64,000 bases of DNA from Acidobacteriota bacterium (GCA_025456205.1 JALOLA010000010.1:5338-69337), one strand, 5' to 3'. Positions 15,843 through 26,033 are shown, counted from the stretch's first letter. Made by a program: numbers and translations. Notes: generated from the sequence alone by a model not told the origin.

Positions 15843-18137
15843 ATGAAATCCCCAAAAGCGATCCCGGACATCCGCCTCGCCGACATCCCTGAAAAGGGCC
15901 GCCTGCGCCTGCGCTTCACCGGCGTGGTGCAGGGGGTGGGCTTCAGGCCCTTTCTCTACCGGGCGGCAAAGAAGTTCGCGCTGACGGGAACGGTCAAGAA
16001 CCAAGGCTCTGAAGTTTTGCTTGAAATACAAGGCAAGCACTTGCAGGAGTTCATGCGCCATGTCGAGCGCAGCGCGCCGCCGCTGAGCCGTATCGAAACG
16101 CTGAAGTGGGACAAGATAAAAGATAAGCGCGAAACCGGATTCGTCATCCTGGAGAGCAAGGGCAAAGGGGACAAGGACGTCATGGTCTCGCCAGACATCG
16201 CTCTCTGCGCCGCCTGCGCGAAAGAGATGGCCGATCCCAGCGACCGGCGCTACCAATACCCCTTCACCAACTGCACCGACTGCGGCCCGCGCTTCACCAT
16301 CATCGAGGGGCTCCCCTACGACCGCCCCAAGACCACGATGAAGAAGTTTCCCATGTGCCCCGAGTGCCGGAAAGAATATGGCGATTCCGGCAACCGGCGC
16401 TACCACGCCCAGCCCGTCTCCTGCCCGAACTGCGGGCCCAGGCTGCAGTTTAAGATCAAGGGCAGGATCGAGAAGAAAGAGCCGCTTGCGGCCGCGGTCA
16501 AACTGCTGAAAAAGGGGAAAGTCGTGGCGATCAAGGGGATCGGCGGCTATCACCTGGCCTGCCAGGCCGGGAACGGGACGGCATTGGAGCGTCTGCGGCG
16601 CTTCAAGGGACGCGAGAACAAGCCCTTCGCCCTGATGGCGACCATGGCCATGATCCAGAGGCACTGCCGCGTCAGCGCGGCCGAGAAGAGGCTGCTGCAA
16701 AGCCCGCAGGCGCCCATCGTGCTGCTCGAGGCGAAAAAGAACGACCGCCTGCTGCGCCTGGCGGCGCCGGGGCAAAACCGCCTGGGCTTCATGCTCCCCT
16801 ACCCGCCGTTGCACCTGGTACTGATCGGGAAAATGAACGAACCTATGGTCATGACCAGCGCCAATGTCTCGGACGAGCCCATCCTCTTCGATGACACGGC
16901 CAGGGAGCTTCCCGGGCTCTGCGACGCCATTTTGAGCCATGACCGCCCCATCCTCTCGTTCGCCGACGACTCGGTGACCATGGTGTTCGAAAAAGAGCCC
17001 TATTTCATCCGCCGCAGCCGCGGCTTCGTGCCGCTGCCCATCGCCTTGCCCTTCTCCAGCCCGAAGACTGTATTGGCCCTCGGCGGCATGCTCAAGACCA
17101 CGTTCTGCCTGCTGGACAGGGAGCGCGCCTTCATCGGCCCGCACATCGGCGACACCGAATCCAATACGGCGCTGGCCGCCGAAAAGCGGGCCGTACTCCA
17201 TTTCATGAAGCTCTTCTCGCTGCGGCCGGAGGTGGTGGCCATCGACAAGCACCCCGCCTACCCCAACCGCCTGCTGGCCGGGGCCTTCCCCGAGGCAGAG
17301 GTCGTCGAGGTGCAGCACCACCAGGCCCACATCGCCTCGGTGCTGGCCGAGAACGGCGAACCGGGCCCGGTCCTCGGCATCGCTTTGGACGGCACCGGCT
17401 ACGGCGACGACGGCACCATCTGGGGCGGCGAGTTCTTTGTGGGCGGTCTTCGCGGCCTGAAGCGCGTTGGACATCTTCTGCCGGTCTTCCTCCCCGGCGG
17501 CGACGCGGCCGCCCGCGAGCCGTGGCGCACCGCCCTCTCTTTCCTGGTCGCGGCCGGGGAAACCGGGCGCGCCACACGCTTCGCGGCCCGCTTCGGCCGC
17601 AAGGGGGCGCAGGTGCTGGAAACGGTCCGCGAGCGGCGCGGCGGGGTGATGACCACCAGCTGCGGCCGCCTCTTCGACGGCGTCGCGTCGCTGTTGGGCG
17701 TCGGCGAGCGCAACTCCTACGAAGGCGAGCTCCCCGCGCTGCTGCAAGCCGAAGCCGAGCGGGCGCGGCCGCTGAAGAAGGCCTACCCCTACGCCCTGGA
17801 GCGGGAGAATGGCTTGCTCGTCCTGGACCTGCGCCTCGCGATCGAGGCCATGCTGGCCGACAGGCGCGGCCGCGGCGAGAGGGCCTACCGGTTCCACTGG
17901 ACCCTGGCCAACGCCCTTCTCGATATGCTTCTCATCCTGGGGCAGGAAGCGAAAATAACAACAGCGGCCTTGAGCGGCGGCGTGTTCCAGAATATACTGC
18001 TCTTGAAAATGACAAATGATCTGCTCCAAAAGAACGGCTTCACGGTGCTGCGCCAGCGGCTGCTGCCCGCCAACGACGGCGGCATCTCGCTGGGGCAGGC
18101 GGCGCTGGCGGCCATGAAATATCGCAAGGAGAGATGA
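15843..18137 (+). CDS. hypF: [NiFe]-hydrogenase maturation carbamoyltransferase
   Basis: Acylphosphatase domain, two CxxC-x18-CxxC Zn fingers (CAACAKEM...CTDCGPRF; CPECRKEY...CPNCGPRL), plus YrdC and Kae1-like domains. Length 764 aa. Confidence 0.97.
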   Translation: MKSPKAIPDIRLADIPEKGRLRLRFTGVVQGVGFRPFLYRAAKKFALTGTVKNQGSEVLLEIQGKHLQEFMRHVERSAPPLSRIETLKWDKIKDKRETGFVILESKGKGDKDVMVSPDIALCAACAKEMADPSDRRYQYPFTNCTDCGPRFTIIEGLPYDRPKTTMKKFPMCPECRKEYGDSGNRRYHAQPVSCPNCGPRLQFKIKGRIEKKEPLAAAVKLLKKGKVVAIKGIGGYHLACQAGNGTALERLRRFKGRENKPFALMATMAMIQRHCRVSAAEKRLLQSPQAPIVLLEAKKNDRLLRLAAPGQNRLGFMLPYPPLHLVLIGKMNEPMVMTSANVSDEPILFDDTARELPGLCDAILSHDRPILSFADDSVTMVFEKEPYFIRRSRGFVPLPIALPFSSPKTVLALGGMLKTTFCLLDRERAFIGPHIGDTESNTALAAEKRAVLHFMKLFSLRPEVVAIDKHPAYPNRLLAGAFPEAEVVEVQHHQAHIASVLAENGEPGPVLGIALDGTGYGDDGTIWGGEFFVGGLRGLKRVGHLLPVFLPGGDAAAREPWRTALSFLVAAGETGRATRFAARFGRKGAQVLETVRERRGGVMTTSCGRLFDGVASLLGVGERNSYEGELPALLQAEAERARPLKKAYPYALERENGLLVLDLRLAIEAMLADRRGRGERAYRFHWTLANALLDMLLILGQEAKITTAALSGGVFQNILLLKMTNDLLQKNGFTVLRQRLLPANDGGISLGQAALAAMKYRKER

Positions 18138-18139
18138 AG

Positions 18140-18358
18140 ATGTGCCTGGCCGTACCCATGAAAATCATCGAGATCAAGGGCGACATGGCGGTCGTCGAAA
18201 GCGCCGGTTTGCGCCGCGACGTCGGCGTCATGCTGCTCGACAAGGCGAAGCTGGGCGACTGGGTGCTCATCCACGCCGGTTTCGCCATCTCCAAGCTGAC
18301 CCCCAGGCAGGCGCGCCAGACGCTGGCCATCTTCGCGGAGATGCAGGGCCTTGGCTAA
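18140..18358 (+). CDS. hypC: hydrogenase assembly chaperone HypC/HupF
   Basis: MCLAVPMKIIEI... The essential Cys2 requires ATG 18140 rather than ORF-track start 18134. Confidence 0.93.
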   Translation: MCLAVPMKIIEIKGDMAVVESAGLRRDVGVMLLDKAKLGDWVLIHAGFAISKLTPRQARQTLAIFAEMQGLG

Positions 18359-19400
18359 GACCGGGCTGGGCCGCCTCGCCGACCGCTTGCGGGCCTTCCC
18401 CGCCCCGCCGGGCACCAAGATCATGGAGGTGTGCGGCAGCCACACGGTGGCCATCCGCCGCTTCGGCATCCAGCACCTGCTGCCCGCGACGGTGAAGCTC
18501 GTCTCCGGCCCCGGTTGCCCGGTCTGCGTCACTCCCGACCACTTCATCGATGAGGCCATCGCCCTGGCCCGCCAGGGAGTGACCGTCACCAGTTTCGGCG
18601 ACATGCTGCGCGTCCCCGGCAGCCGCTCCGCGCTGGAGAAGGAGCGCGCCGCCGGCTGCGACATCCGCGCCGTCTATTCGCCGCTCGATGCCCTGCGCAT
18701 CGCGGAGCAGGAGGGAAAGGAGACGGTGTTTCTCGCCGTCGGCTTCGAGACCACCGCGCCCGCCATCGCCGCCGTCGCCATCCGCGCCGGCGAAAAAGGG
18801 ATCGCCAATTTTTCGCTGCTCACCGCCCTGCGCCTGGTGCCGCCGGCGCTGAAAGCCCTCATGGCTTCCGATACGGAGCTTTCCGGCTTCCTCCTCCCCG
18901 GCCATGTCTCGGCCGTCATCGGCAGGCAGGCCTATGATTTCCTGCCGGGCCAGCGCCTGCCCGGCGTGATCGCCGGCTTCAGCGCCGAAGACATCATCTC
19001 CTCCCTGATGCTGTTGCTCGAAATGCATAATAAAGGTATATATAAGGTCATGAACAACTACCCGCGCGTGGTGCGCGACGCCGGCAACCCGACATCGCGG
19101 GCGGTGCTGGCCGAGGTCTTTACCACCGCCGACGCCGCCTGGCGCGGCCTGGGCTCCATGCCGCAGAGCGGCCTCGAGCTGCGCCCCGCCTACGCCGCCA
19201 TGGAAGCGCGCCGGCGCTTCGCCATCCGCGTGCGGCCCGGCGCCGCCCGCAAGGCGTGCCGCTGCGGCGACGTGCTGCGCGGCCTGATCGATCCCCCCGC
19301 CTGCCCGCTGTTCAACAAGGCCTGCCGCCCCGACCAGCCGCTGGGGCCCTGCATGGTTTCGTCCGAGGGCAGCTGCAGCGCCTGGGTGACCTATGGATAA
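18351..19400 (+). CDS. hypD: hydrogenase formation protein HypD
   Basis: Motifs MEVCGSHT, GPGCPVCVTP and C-terminal PACPLF. The TTG start is uncertain. Confidence 0.93.
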   Translation: MAKTGLGRLADRLRAFPAPPGTKIMEVCGSHTVAIRRFGIQHLLPATVKLVSGPGCPVCVTPDHFIDEAIALARQGVTVTSFGDMLRVPGSRSALEKERAAGCDIRAVYSPLDALRIAEQEGKETVFLAVGFETTAPAIAAVAIRAGEKGIANFSLLTALRLVPPALKALMASDTELSGFLLPGHVSAVIGRQAYDFLPGQRLPGVIAGFSAEDIISSLMLLLEMHNKGIYKVMNNYPRVVRDAGNPTSRAVLAEVFTTADAAWRGLGSMPQSGLELRPAYAAMEARRRFAIRVRPGAARKACRCGDVLRGLIDPPACPLFNKACRPDQPLGPCMVSSEGSCSAWVTYG

Positions 19401-20394
19401 GGTGCTGCTGGCTCACGGCGGCGGCGGCAGCAAGAGCGCCGAGCTGACCCGGCTCGTTTTCCAGCGCTTTTTGCGCGACCCGCTGCTGCTGGCCATGGAC
19501 GACGCCGCCGTGCTCCCCGGCGGCGGCCCCCCCGGGGGCGTGTTCACCACCGACAGCTTCGTGGTCAAGCCCCTGTTCTTCCCGGGCGGCGACATCGGCC
19601 GCCTGGCGGTCTGCGGCACGGTCAATGACATGGCGGTCATGGGCGCCGAGCCGCTCTACCTCTCCATCGGCTTCATCATCGAGGAGGGCTTCCCGGTCAC
19701 CGCGCTGGAGAAGATTCTGGCCTCCATCGCCCGCGCCTGCCGCGAAAGCGGGGCGCGTATCGTCTGCGCCGACACCAAGGTGGTGGAAAAAGGCAAGGCC
19801 GACGGCCTGTTCATCAACACCTCGGGCATCGGCCGCCCGGCCTTCAAAAAGCCGGTGTCCGCCGCGCGCGTCCGCCCCGGCGACGTGGTGCTGATCAACG
19901 GCCCCATCGGCATGCACGGCATCTCGGTCCTCACCGCCCGCGGCGAGTTCGGCCTGCGCGCCAGCATCCGCAGCGATGTCGCCCCGCTGTGGGGACTGGT
20001 CAAGACCTGCCGGGCGCTCGACATCCCCTTCATGCGCGACCCCACCCGCGGCGGGCTGGCGCAGACGCTGAACGAACTGGCGCAGGCGAAGCGCTTCGGC
20101 GTGCGCATCGAGGAGAGCGAACTGCCCATTCCGAAAAAGGTGGCCGCGGTCTGCGACCTGCTCGGCTTTGACCCGCTGCACGTGGCCAACGAGGGCAAGG
20201 TGCTGATGGTGGCCGCCCGGCGCGACGCGGACAAGGCCCTCAGGCTCCTTCGCGGCCACCCGCTGGGCAGGAGGGCGCGCGTCATCGGCGCCATCACGGC
20301 CGAGAACCCCGGGTGCGTGGTCATGGCCACGAAAGCGGGCAGCGAGCGCATCGTCATGCCGCCGGTCGGGGAGATCCTGCCCCGCATCTGCTGA
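19393..20394 (+). CDS. hypE: hydrogenase maturation protein HypE
   Basis: AIR-synthase-like fold with the invariant C-terminal PRIC. Confidence 0.96.
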   Translation: MDKVLLAHGGGGSKSAELTRLVFQRFLRDPLLLAMDDAAVLPGGGPPGGVFTTDSFVVKPLFFPGGDIGRLAVCGTVNDMAVMGAEPLYLSIGFIIEEGFPVTALEKILASIARACRESGARIVCADTKVVEKGKADGLFINTSGIGRPAFKKPVSAARVRPGDVVLINGPIGMHGISVLTARGEFGLRASIRSDVAPLWGLVKTCRALDIPFMRDPTRGGLAQTLNELAQAKRFGVRIEESELPIPKKVAAVCDLLGFDPLHVANEGKVLMVAARRDADKALRLLRGHPLGRRARVIGAITAENPGCVVMATKAGSERIVMPPVGEILPRIC

Positions 20395-20810
20395 TGCACG
20401 AGGGAGCGGTCGCCGCCGCCATCATCCAGGGCGTCATCGAGGTCCTGGAGAGGGAAAAGGTCGCCGCCGCGAAAACCGTGACCGTGCTCATCGGCCGCCT
20501 GCACCACGTGGTGCCCGACGTGCTGCAGAACCACTATCGCATCCTGAAAAAAGAATATCCGGCCCTGATTCGCTCCAAATTGGCGATCGAGATCGCGCCG
20601 ATACGCGTCACCTGCCGAGCCTGCGGCCGCGAAACCGGGATCGAGCGGCCCGAGTTCGCCTGCGCCCTGTGCGGCTCCATCGACATCGAGATCACCGGCG
20701 GCAGGGAGATGCACCTGAAAGAAGTCATCGGCACAGGGCGCACGGCAGACGGCGAGCCATCGAAGAATAAAGACAAAGTAAAAAGGCAAAAGGCAAAAGG
20801 CAAAAGTTAG
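20394..20810 (+). CDS. hypA: hydrogenase nickel insertion protein HypA
   Basis: ATGA overlap with hypE. MHEGAVAAAII... N-terminus. Zn site CRACG...CALCGS. The Lys-rich tail is encoded by the AAAAGGC repeat. Confidence 0.9.
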   Translation: MHEGAVAAAIIQGVIEVLEREKVAAAKTVTVLIGRLHHVVPDVLQNHYRILKKEYPALIRSKLAIEIAPIRVTCRACGRETGIERPEFACALCGSIDIEITGGREMHLKEVIGTGRTADGEPSKNKDKVKRQKAKGKS

Positions 20811-20895
20811 CTGCCCAGGGATTATTTTTCCCGGAAATGCGCTTCTACAGTTCTTTTCTCTTTACTTTTGCCTTTATACTTTTGCCTTTTGCCTT
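20775..20895. repeat. AAAAGGC / GCCTTTT heptad inverted repeat (long hairpin) between convergent genes
   Basis: 20775-20807 (aaagtaaaaaggcaaaaggcaaaaggcaaaagt) pairs with 20864-20895 (acttttgcctttatacttttgccttttgcctt). A related copy lies at 6096-6129. Confidence 0.8.
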
Positions 20896-20912
20896 GAAAT
20901 AGGAGCGTCTTC

Positions 20913-21731
20913 CTAAAGGCAGCGATAGGTGAACGTGGCCGTGTTGGAGGCCATTTTTTTCAGGGGCTCGAACAGTTCCACCCGCAGGGTCACCGTGCTC
21001 GTCCCGTGCTGGATGGCGGCCGCCACCTCTGCCGGCAGCAGGATCTCCTTGGTGATGGTGAGCGTGCCGGGATTGGGGGTCACGACAAAATCCGGGTTCC
21101 TGTATTCCTTGCGGTAGCCGGCGCTCGGGTGCTCCAGGACGATCTTGAACATTTCCGTGACCTTCAGGTTGCAGCGGAAGGCGATGCGGGCAGAGATCTT
21201 GACCTGGGTGGCGGCGCTGCAGTTCCCCTGGTATTCGGCGGGCAGCAGCGTGAGCGTAATGCTCGTGATCCCGTACGGCACTTCGATGTGCTTGGTATTG
21301 TTGTTCTCGTTGAGCTCGGGGATCTTGTTGTCCTGGTCCATGCCGACCACGATGCCGATGGCGTTGGCGTGCTCCATGCGCATCCGTTCGGCAGGGACGT
21401 CGCAGGGCATTTCCATGGTGACGACCTGCCCATTGCCCGGGAGATTGAGGCTGAACGGGCGGGTGCGGTAGACCAGGCCGTAACCGGCGATCTGCAGGCC
21501 CATCTCGACATTTCCCGAAAAAGGCGAGGGCGAGTTGTTGCGGATCTTGGCGAAGATGCGGTGGGTGGCGCTGAATTCGATGTCGACGACCTCGAAATCG
21601 GGCTTGATGGTCAGATTGGGCTTCCTGGGCTCGAACTGCTGGGCATGGATCCCGACGGCCAGCAGCAGCAGGGCGGCGAAAAGCCCGAGGCACAGGGCAC
21701 GGCGGTTGGGCATGGATGCTATCTTGATCAT
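20913..21731 (-). CDS. secreted CARDB-like domain protein
   Basis: Signal peptide ...LCLGLFAALLLLAVGIHAQQ. CARDB hallmark DQDNKIPELNENNNT. Confidence 0.6.
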   Translation of the reverse strand: MIKIASMPNRRALCLGLFAALLLLAVGIHAQQFEPRKPNLTIKPDFEVVDIEFSATHRIFAKIRNNSPSPFSGNVEMGLQIAGYGLVYRTRPFSLNLPGNGQVVTMEMPCDVPAERMRMEHANAIGIVVGMDQDNKIPELNENNNTKHIEVPYGITSITLTLLPAEYQGNCSAATQVKISARIAFRCNLKVTEMFKIVLEHPSAGYRKEYRNPDFVVTPNPGTLTITKEILLPAEVAAAIQHGTSTVTLRVELFEPLKKMASNTATFTYRCL

Positions 21732-21927
21732 GTTATTTCCTCCTCAAGTTGCCTAGTATATACAGGAGTTTTGAAAATATCTCAAAAAAAAACTGTGGGA
21801 AAGGGATTACCCCATTCGTTTTGATCGCTCTTGCCATCTGCCGTACGTCATGTGCCGTAGGTCGCTATCTTCTGTACCGCCGACTTTTGACTTTGTCTTT
21901 CCGTCCGCCCGGTGCCGCATGCCGAGT

Positions 21928-22611
21928 TCAGCATTGAAAGTTCGGCTTGTTCCTGAGGATCTCGATCCAGCTCTCCATGCCCGCTCCGCTGTGGGCCGAT
22001 ACTTCGACCACGGCGCAGGCCGGGTTCACTTTTTTAATATTCCCCCGCAAGGCAGCAAGCGAAAAATTCTTCAGGGGCAGGAAATCGGTCTTGGTGACCA
22101 GACACAGCTGCGAGACCTGGAAGGCCAGCGGGTATTTCAGCGGCTTGTCCTCGCCCTCGGTGACGCTGATCAGCAGGACGTTCATGTGGGCGCCGACGTC
22201 GAACTCGGCCGGGCAGACCAGGTTGCCGATGTTCTCGACGAACAGGTAGTCCATGCCGTTGGTCCCCAGCTCGGCTACGGCCGCCTGGATCCAGGAGGCC
22301 TCGAGGTGGCAGTCGCCGCCGAATGGGCCGGTATTGATCTGGTAGGCCTGGATGCCCAGCTTCTGCAGGCGCTCGGCGTCCAGCGTGGTCTGGATGTCGC
22401 CCTCGATGACCTTGATGCGCTTGCCCAGCCTCCTGACCGTCTCCTCGACCAGGGTGGTCTTGCCCGATCCCGGCGAACTCATCAGGTTGACGAAGAAAAT
22501 GTTTTTTTCCTTCAGTTCCCGGCGGAGGCCCGCGGCGACGGCGTCGTTGGCCTTGAGCAGCTTCTGCATGACGGTGATTTTCTTCGTATCCATGGGCGTT
22601 TTATAACCCAT
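21928..22611 (-). CDS. hypB: hydrogenase nickel incorporation GTPase HypB
   Basis: P-loop SSPGSGKTTL, EGDIQT and CHLEA motifs. Start chosen at M30 of the ORF; ATG 22593 is also possible. Confidence 0.9.
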   Translation of the reverse strand: MGYKTPMDTKKITVMQKLLKANDAVAAGLRRELKEKNIFFVNLMSSPGSGKTTLVEETVRRLGKRIKVIEGDIQTTLDAERLQKLGIQAYQINTGPFGGDCHLEASWIQAAVAELGTNGMDYLFVENIGNLVCPAEFDVGAHMNVLLISVTEGEDKPLKYPLAFQVSQLCLVTKTDFLPLKNFSLAALRGNIKKVNPACAVVEVSAHSGAGMESWIEILRNKPNFQC

Positions 22612-22691
22612 CCCCGCAGATAAAGCAAGCGCCGGGCCCGGGGCAAATCCGTTGCGCTCTCCAGGCCCGTGCCTGGCGCCGGTCGCCGCAC

Positions 22692-22719
22692 TTGACAACG
22701 TGGTTTAAATTAATATAAT
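22692..22719 (+). promoter_or_regulatory. consensus sigma70 promoter of the hydrogenase operon
   Basis: TTGACA, 16-nt spacer, TATAAT. The -10 ends 15 nt before ATG 22735, giving a very short leader. Confidence 0.6.
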
Positions 22720-22734
22720 GAACCTTAAAAAATC

Positions 22735-24171
22735 ATGACAAACAACATACAAACCATCATCCTACTGACCATTTTTGTGCCCATCGTCGGTTCCTTCGCC
22801 ATCCCCATCGCCGGCCTGGTCTCCAAGCGCGCCCGATCGTTCCTGTCGGTGCTGCTCGCCCTGGCCACCACCGCCTCCTCCATGCTGCTGATCCCCTTCG
22901 CGCTCAGGGGAGGTGAGCTGGCCTTCCGCAAGACACTGGCCATGGGCCTCGACTTCATCGTTGTGGCCGATGCCCTGTCGGTCTTCATGGCCGTGGCCTC
23001 CTCCTTCATCGGCGCCCTGATCGTCATCTACTCCCTGGGCTACATAAGCCACGAGGAGAACCAGAGCGAATACTACTTCATCGTCCTGCTCTTCATCGGC
23101 GCCATGATGGGCCTGGTCTTCTCCGCCAACCTGGTCTTCATGTACCTGTTCTGGGAGATCGCCGCCATCGCCTGCTGGCGCCTGATCGGCTTCTACCGGG
23201 TGCGCGAGTACGTGCTCAAGGCCGACAAGGCTTTCCTGGTGACGTTCTTCGGCGCCGTGTTCATGCTGCTGGGCTTCATCGTCGTGTTCAACCAGACCGG
23301 CACCTTCGACCTCACCGCCATGCGCGGCACGGCCATCCCCGGCATCGCCGTGCTGCTGATCCTGCTGGGCATGTTCTCCAAGTCGGCCACCGTGCCGCTG
23401 CATACCTGGCTGCCCGACGCCGGCGTGGCACCCACCACCGTCACCGCCCTGCTGCACGCGGCGGTGCTGGTCAAGATCGGCGTCTACGCCTATGCCCGCC
23501 TCTTCAGCTATACCTTCAAACTGCCCGAGGGCTGGCAGCAGGCCATCCCCATCCTGGTCGTGTTCTCCAGCCTGGTGGCCGCTGCGGCCGCCGTCGTGGA
23601 GACCGACCTGAAGCGCATCCTGGCCTACTCCACGGTCAGCCAGATCGGCTACATCTTTCTCGGCTTCGCCGTGCTCAACCCCATGGGCGTCTCCGGCTCG
23701 CTGCTCTTCATCCTGATGCACGGGCTGGCCAAGGCCGGCCTCTTCCTCTGCGCCGGCATCGTCATCCACGCCACCCACCAGCGCGACATCCGCCAGATGG
23801 GAGGCATGATCAAGACCATGCCCTGGACGGCCGTCGCCTATATCTTCTGCGCCTTCTCGGTCATCGGCATCCCGCCCTTCGGGGGCTTCTTCTCGAAATT
23901 CATGGTCATCATGGCCACCGTGCAGTCGGGCCGCGTCTGGGTGGCCGCCGCCGCGCTCTTCGCGGCGCTTCTGACCATGTACTACCTGTTCAGGGTGTTC
24001 AGCGCCGTCTTCATGGGCGAGGCCAGGTCCGACCATAAGGAAGGGACGCGCTCCATGGTCTTCGTGGTCGTGGTGCTGGCCGTCCTCTCCCTGCTGGCCG
24101 GCCTCTTCGTCGCCTATCCCACTCAGCTGGCCAATGTCGCCAGCGGCGAAATCTTAAGGTGGATGAAATGA
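22735..24171 (+). CDS. antiporter-like subunit (NuoN/M / MrpD family)
   Basis: 14-TM proton_antipo_M pattern (…PLHTWLPDAGVAPTTVTALLHAAVLVKIG…). Length 478 aa. Confidence 0.9.
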   Translation: MTNNIQTIILLTIFVPIVGSFAIPIAGLVSKRARSFLSVLLALATTASSMLLIPFALRGGELAFRKTLAMGLDFIVVADALSVFMAVASSFIGALIVIYSLGYISHEENQSEYYFIVLLFIGAMMGLVFSANLVFMYLFWEIAAIACWRLIGFYRVREYVLKADKAFLVTFFGAVFMLLGFIVVFNQTGTFDLTAMRGTAIPGIAVLLILLGMFSKSATVPLHTWLPDAGVAPTTVTALLHAAVLVKIGVYAYARLFSYTFKLPEGWQQAIPILVVFSSLVAAAAAVVETDLKRILAYSTVSQIGYIFLGFAVLNPMGVSGSLLFILMHGLAKAGLFLCAGIVIHATHQRDIRQMGGMIKTMPWTAVAYIFCAFSVIGIPPFGGFFSKFMVIMATVQSGRVWVAAAALFAALLTMYYLFRVFSAVFMGEARSDHKEGTRSMVFVVVVLAVLSLLAGLFVAYPTQLANVASGEILRWMK

Positions 24172-26033
24172 ACCCGCAAAACCTGTTGATCCCGATCCTG
24201 CTGCCGCTGCTGCTGGCCCTCTTCTCCTTCCTGCTGCCCAGGGGCGTCAAGCGGCTGCGCGAGGTCGTCTCCGTCCTGGGGGCGGCCCTCTTCGTCTATG
24301 TCGCCGTCGCGTTCTTCGGGCAGAAGGAGACCTTCTTCACCCTGCCCTGGCTGGGCCACGGCATCAACTTCGAGCTGCGCCTATACGGGTTCAGCCAGTT
24401 CATCCTGATCGCCCTGAGCGGCTTCACTTTCCTGATCACGCTCTATTCCACGGTCAGGATGGCCGGCGACCCGCGCATCCGCGAGTATTACGGCTACCTG
24501 TTCCTGACCTCGGCCATGGCCGCCGGCGCCGTGCTGGCCAACAACCTCGTGCCGCTGGTCTTCTTCTGGGAAGGCCTGCTGATCACTTTGTACGCCCTGA
24601 TCACCATCGGCGGCAAGGCCTCGCACCGCACCGCCGTCAAGGCCTTCCTCATCGGCGGCTTCTGCGACTTCTGCATGATCCTGGGCATCGCCATCCTCTG
24701 GTCGCAGACCGGCACCCTGCGCATGTCCGACATCTCGGTCGTGCCCCAGGGGCTGACCGCGGTCAGCTTCTACCTGATGATGATCGGCGCCATCGGCAAG
24801 GCCGGCTCCATGCCGTTCCATACCTGGATCCCCGACGCCGCCGTCGACGCGCCGGTCGCGGTCATGGCCTTCATCCCGGCCGCGCTGGAAAAGCTGCTGG
24901 GCATCTACATGCTGGCGCGCATCTGCCTCGACCTCTTCCAGCTCGAGGTCAACAGCGCCCCCAGCCTGGTGCTGATGACCGTCGGCGCCCTGACCATCGT
25001 CCTGGCCGTCTTCATGGCCCTGATCCAGAAGGACCTGAAGAAGCTGCTCTCCTACCACGCCGTCTCGCAGGTCGGCTACATGATGCTGGGCATCGGCACC
25101 GCCGTGCCCATCGGCATCGCCGGCGGCATCTTCCACATGATCAACCACGCCATGTACAAGAGCGGGCTGTTCCTGGCCGCCGGCTCGGTCGAGCAGCAGG
25201 CAGGCACCACCGAGCTGAAGAAGCTCGGCGGGCTGGCCAAGGCCATGCCCCTGACCGCGCTGGGCTTCATCGTCTGCGCCGCGGCCATCTCGGGCATCTG
25301 GCCCCTGAACGGCTTCGTCTCCAAGGAGATGGTCTTCCACGGCTCCTACGAGACCGGCTACACCATCTTCACCATCGCCGCCTGGCTGGGGGCCATCCTC
25401 ACCTTCGCCTCCTTCCTCAAGGCCGGCCACTCGGTGTTCTTCGGGCCGCGCGGCCTGGAGACCGCCGCCGTGAAGGAAAGCAAGAGCCCGATCACCATCC
25501 CCATCCTGGTCCTGGCCGGCCTCTGCGTCCTGTTCGGCGTCTACAATTCGCTGCCGCTGAAGCTCTTCATCCAGCCCATCCTGGCCGGCCACGCCGCGCC
25601 GGGCGAGCACATCGACTTCACGGCGCACGCCCTGGCCGTCTTCAACCCCATCGCCCTCATCTCCATGGGCTGCCTGCTGCTCGCCTTCGGCCTGCATCTC
25701 TTCGGCTTCAAGCGCGGCGGCAACAAGGCCTACCTCGCTTCCGAGCCCATCCACCGCCTGCCCGTCCTGCACACCCTGTATGACTGGGCCGAGGCCCGCG
25801 TCTTCGACCTCTACGAGCAGGGCATCAAGTTCATCCAGAGCCTGTCCAAGTTCCTGTTCCGCTTCGTCGACCGCCCCATCGACGCCTTCTACGAGAAGGT
25901 CGTCGTCGGCGCCGGCCGGGCCTGCACCGGAGCGCTCAAGGCCGCTCACAACGGCCTGTACGCCAACTACCTGGCCTGGACCGTCGGCGGGCTGGTGATC
26001 ATCGTCTGGGCCATCGGCGCCCTGCTGCGCTAG
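24168..26033 (+). CDS. NuoL-like antiporter subunit with C-terminal lateral helix and terminal TM
   Basis: PFHTWIPDAAVDAPVAVMAFIPAALEK core. C-terminal ...FVDRPIDAFYEKVVVGAG... followed by a final TM. ATGA overlap with the upstream gene. Confidence 0.88.
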   Translation: MNPQNLLIPILLPLLLALFSFLLPRGVKRLREVVSVLGAALFVYVAVAFFGQKETFFTLPWLGHGINFELRLYGFSQFILIALSGFTFLITLYSTVRMAGDPRIREYYGYLFLTSAMAAGAVLANNLVPLVFFWEGLLITLYALITIGGKASHRTAVKAFLIGGFCDFCMILGIAILWSQTGTLRMSDISVVPQGLTAVSFYLMMIGAIGKAGSMPFHTWIPDAAVDAPVAVMAFIPAALEKLLGIYMLARICLDLFQLEVNSAPSLVLMTVGALTIVLAVFMALIQKDLKKLLSYHAVSQVGYMMLGIGTAVPIGIAGGIFHMINHAMYKSGLFLAAGSVEQQAGTTELKKLGGLAKAMPLTALGFIVCAAAISGIWPLNGFVSKEMVFHGSYETGYTIFTIAAWLGAILTFASFLKAGHSVFFGPRGLETAAVKESKSPITIPILVLAGLCVLFGVYNSLPLKLFIQPILAGHAAPGEHIDFTAHALAVFNPIALISMGCLLLAFGLHLFGFKRGGNKAYLASEPIHRLPVLHTLYDWAEARVFDLYEQGIKFIQSLSKFLFRFVDRPIDAFYEKVVVGAGRACTGALKAAHNGLYANYLAWTVGGLVIIVWAIGALLR

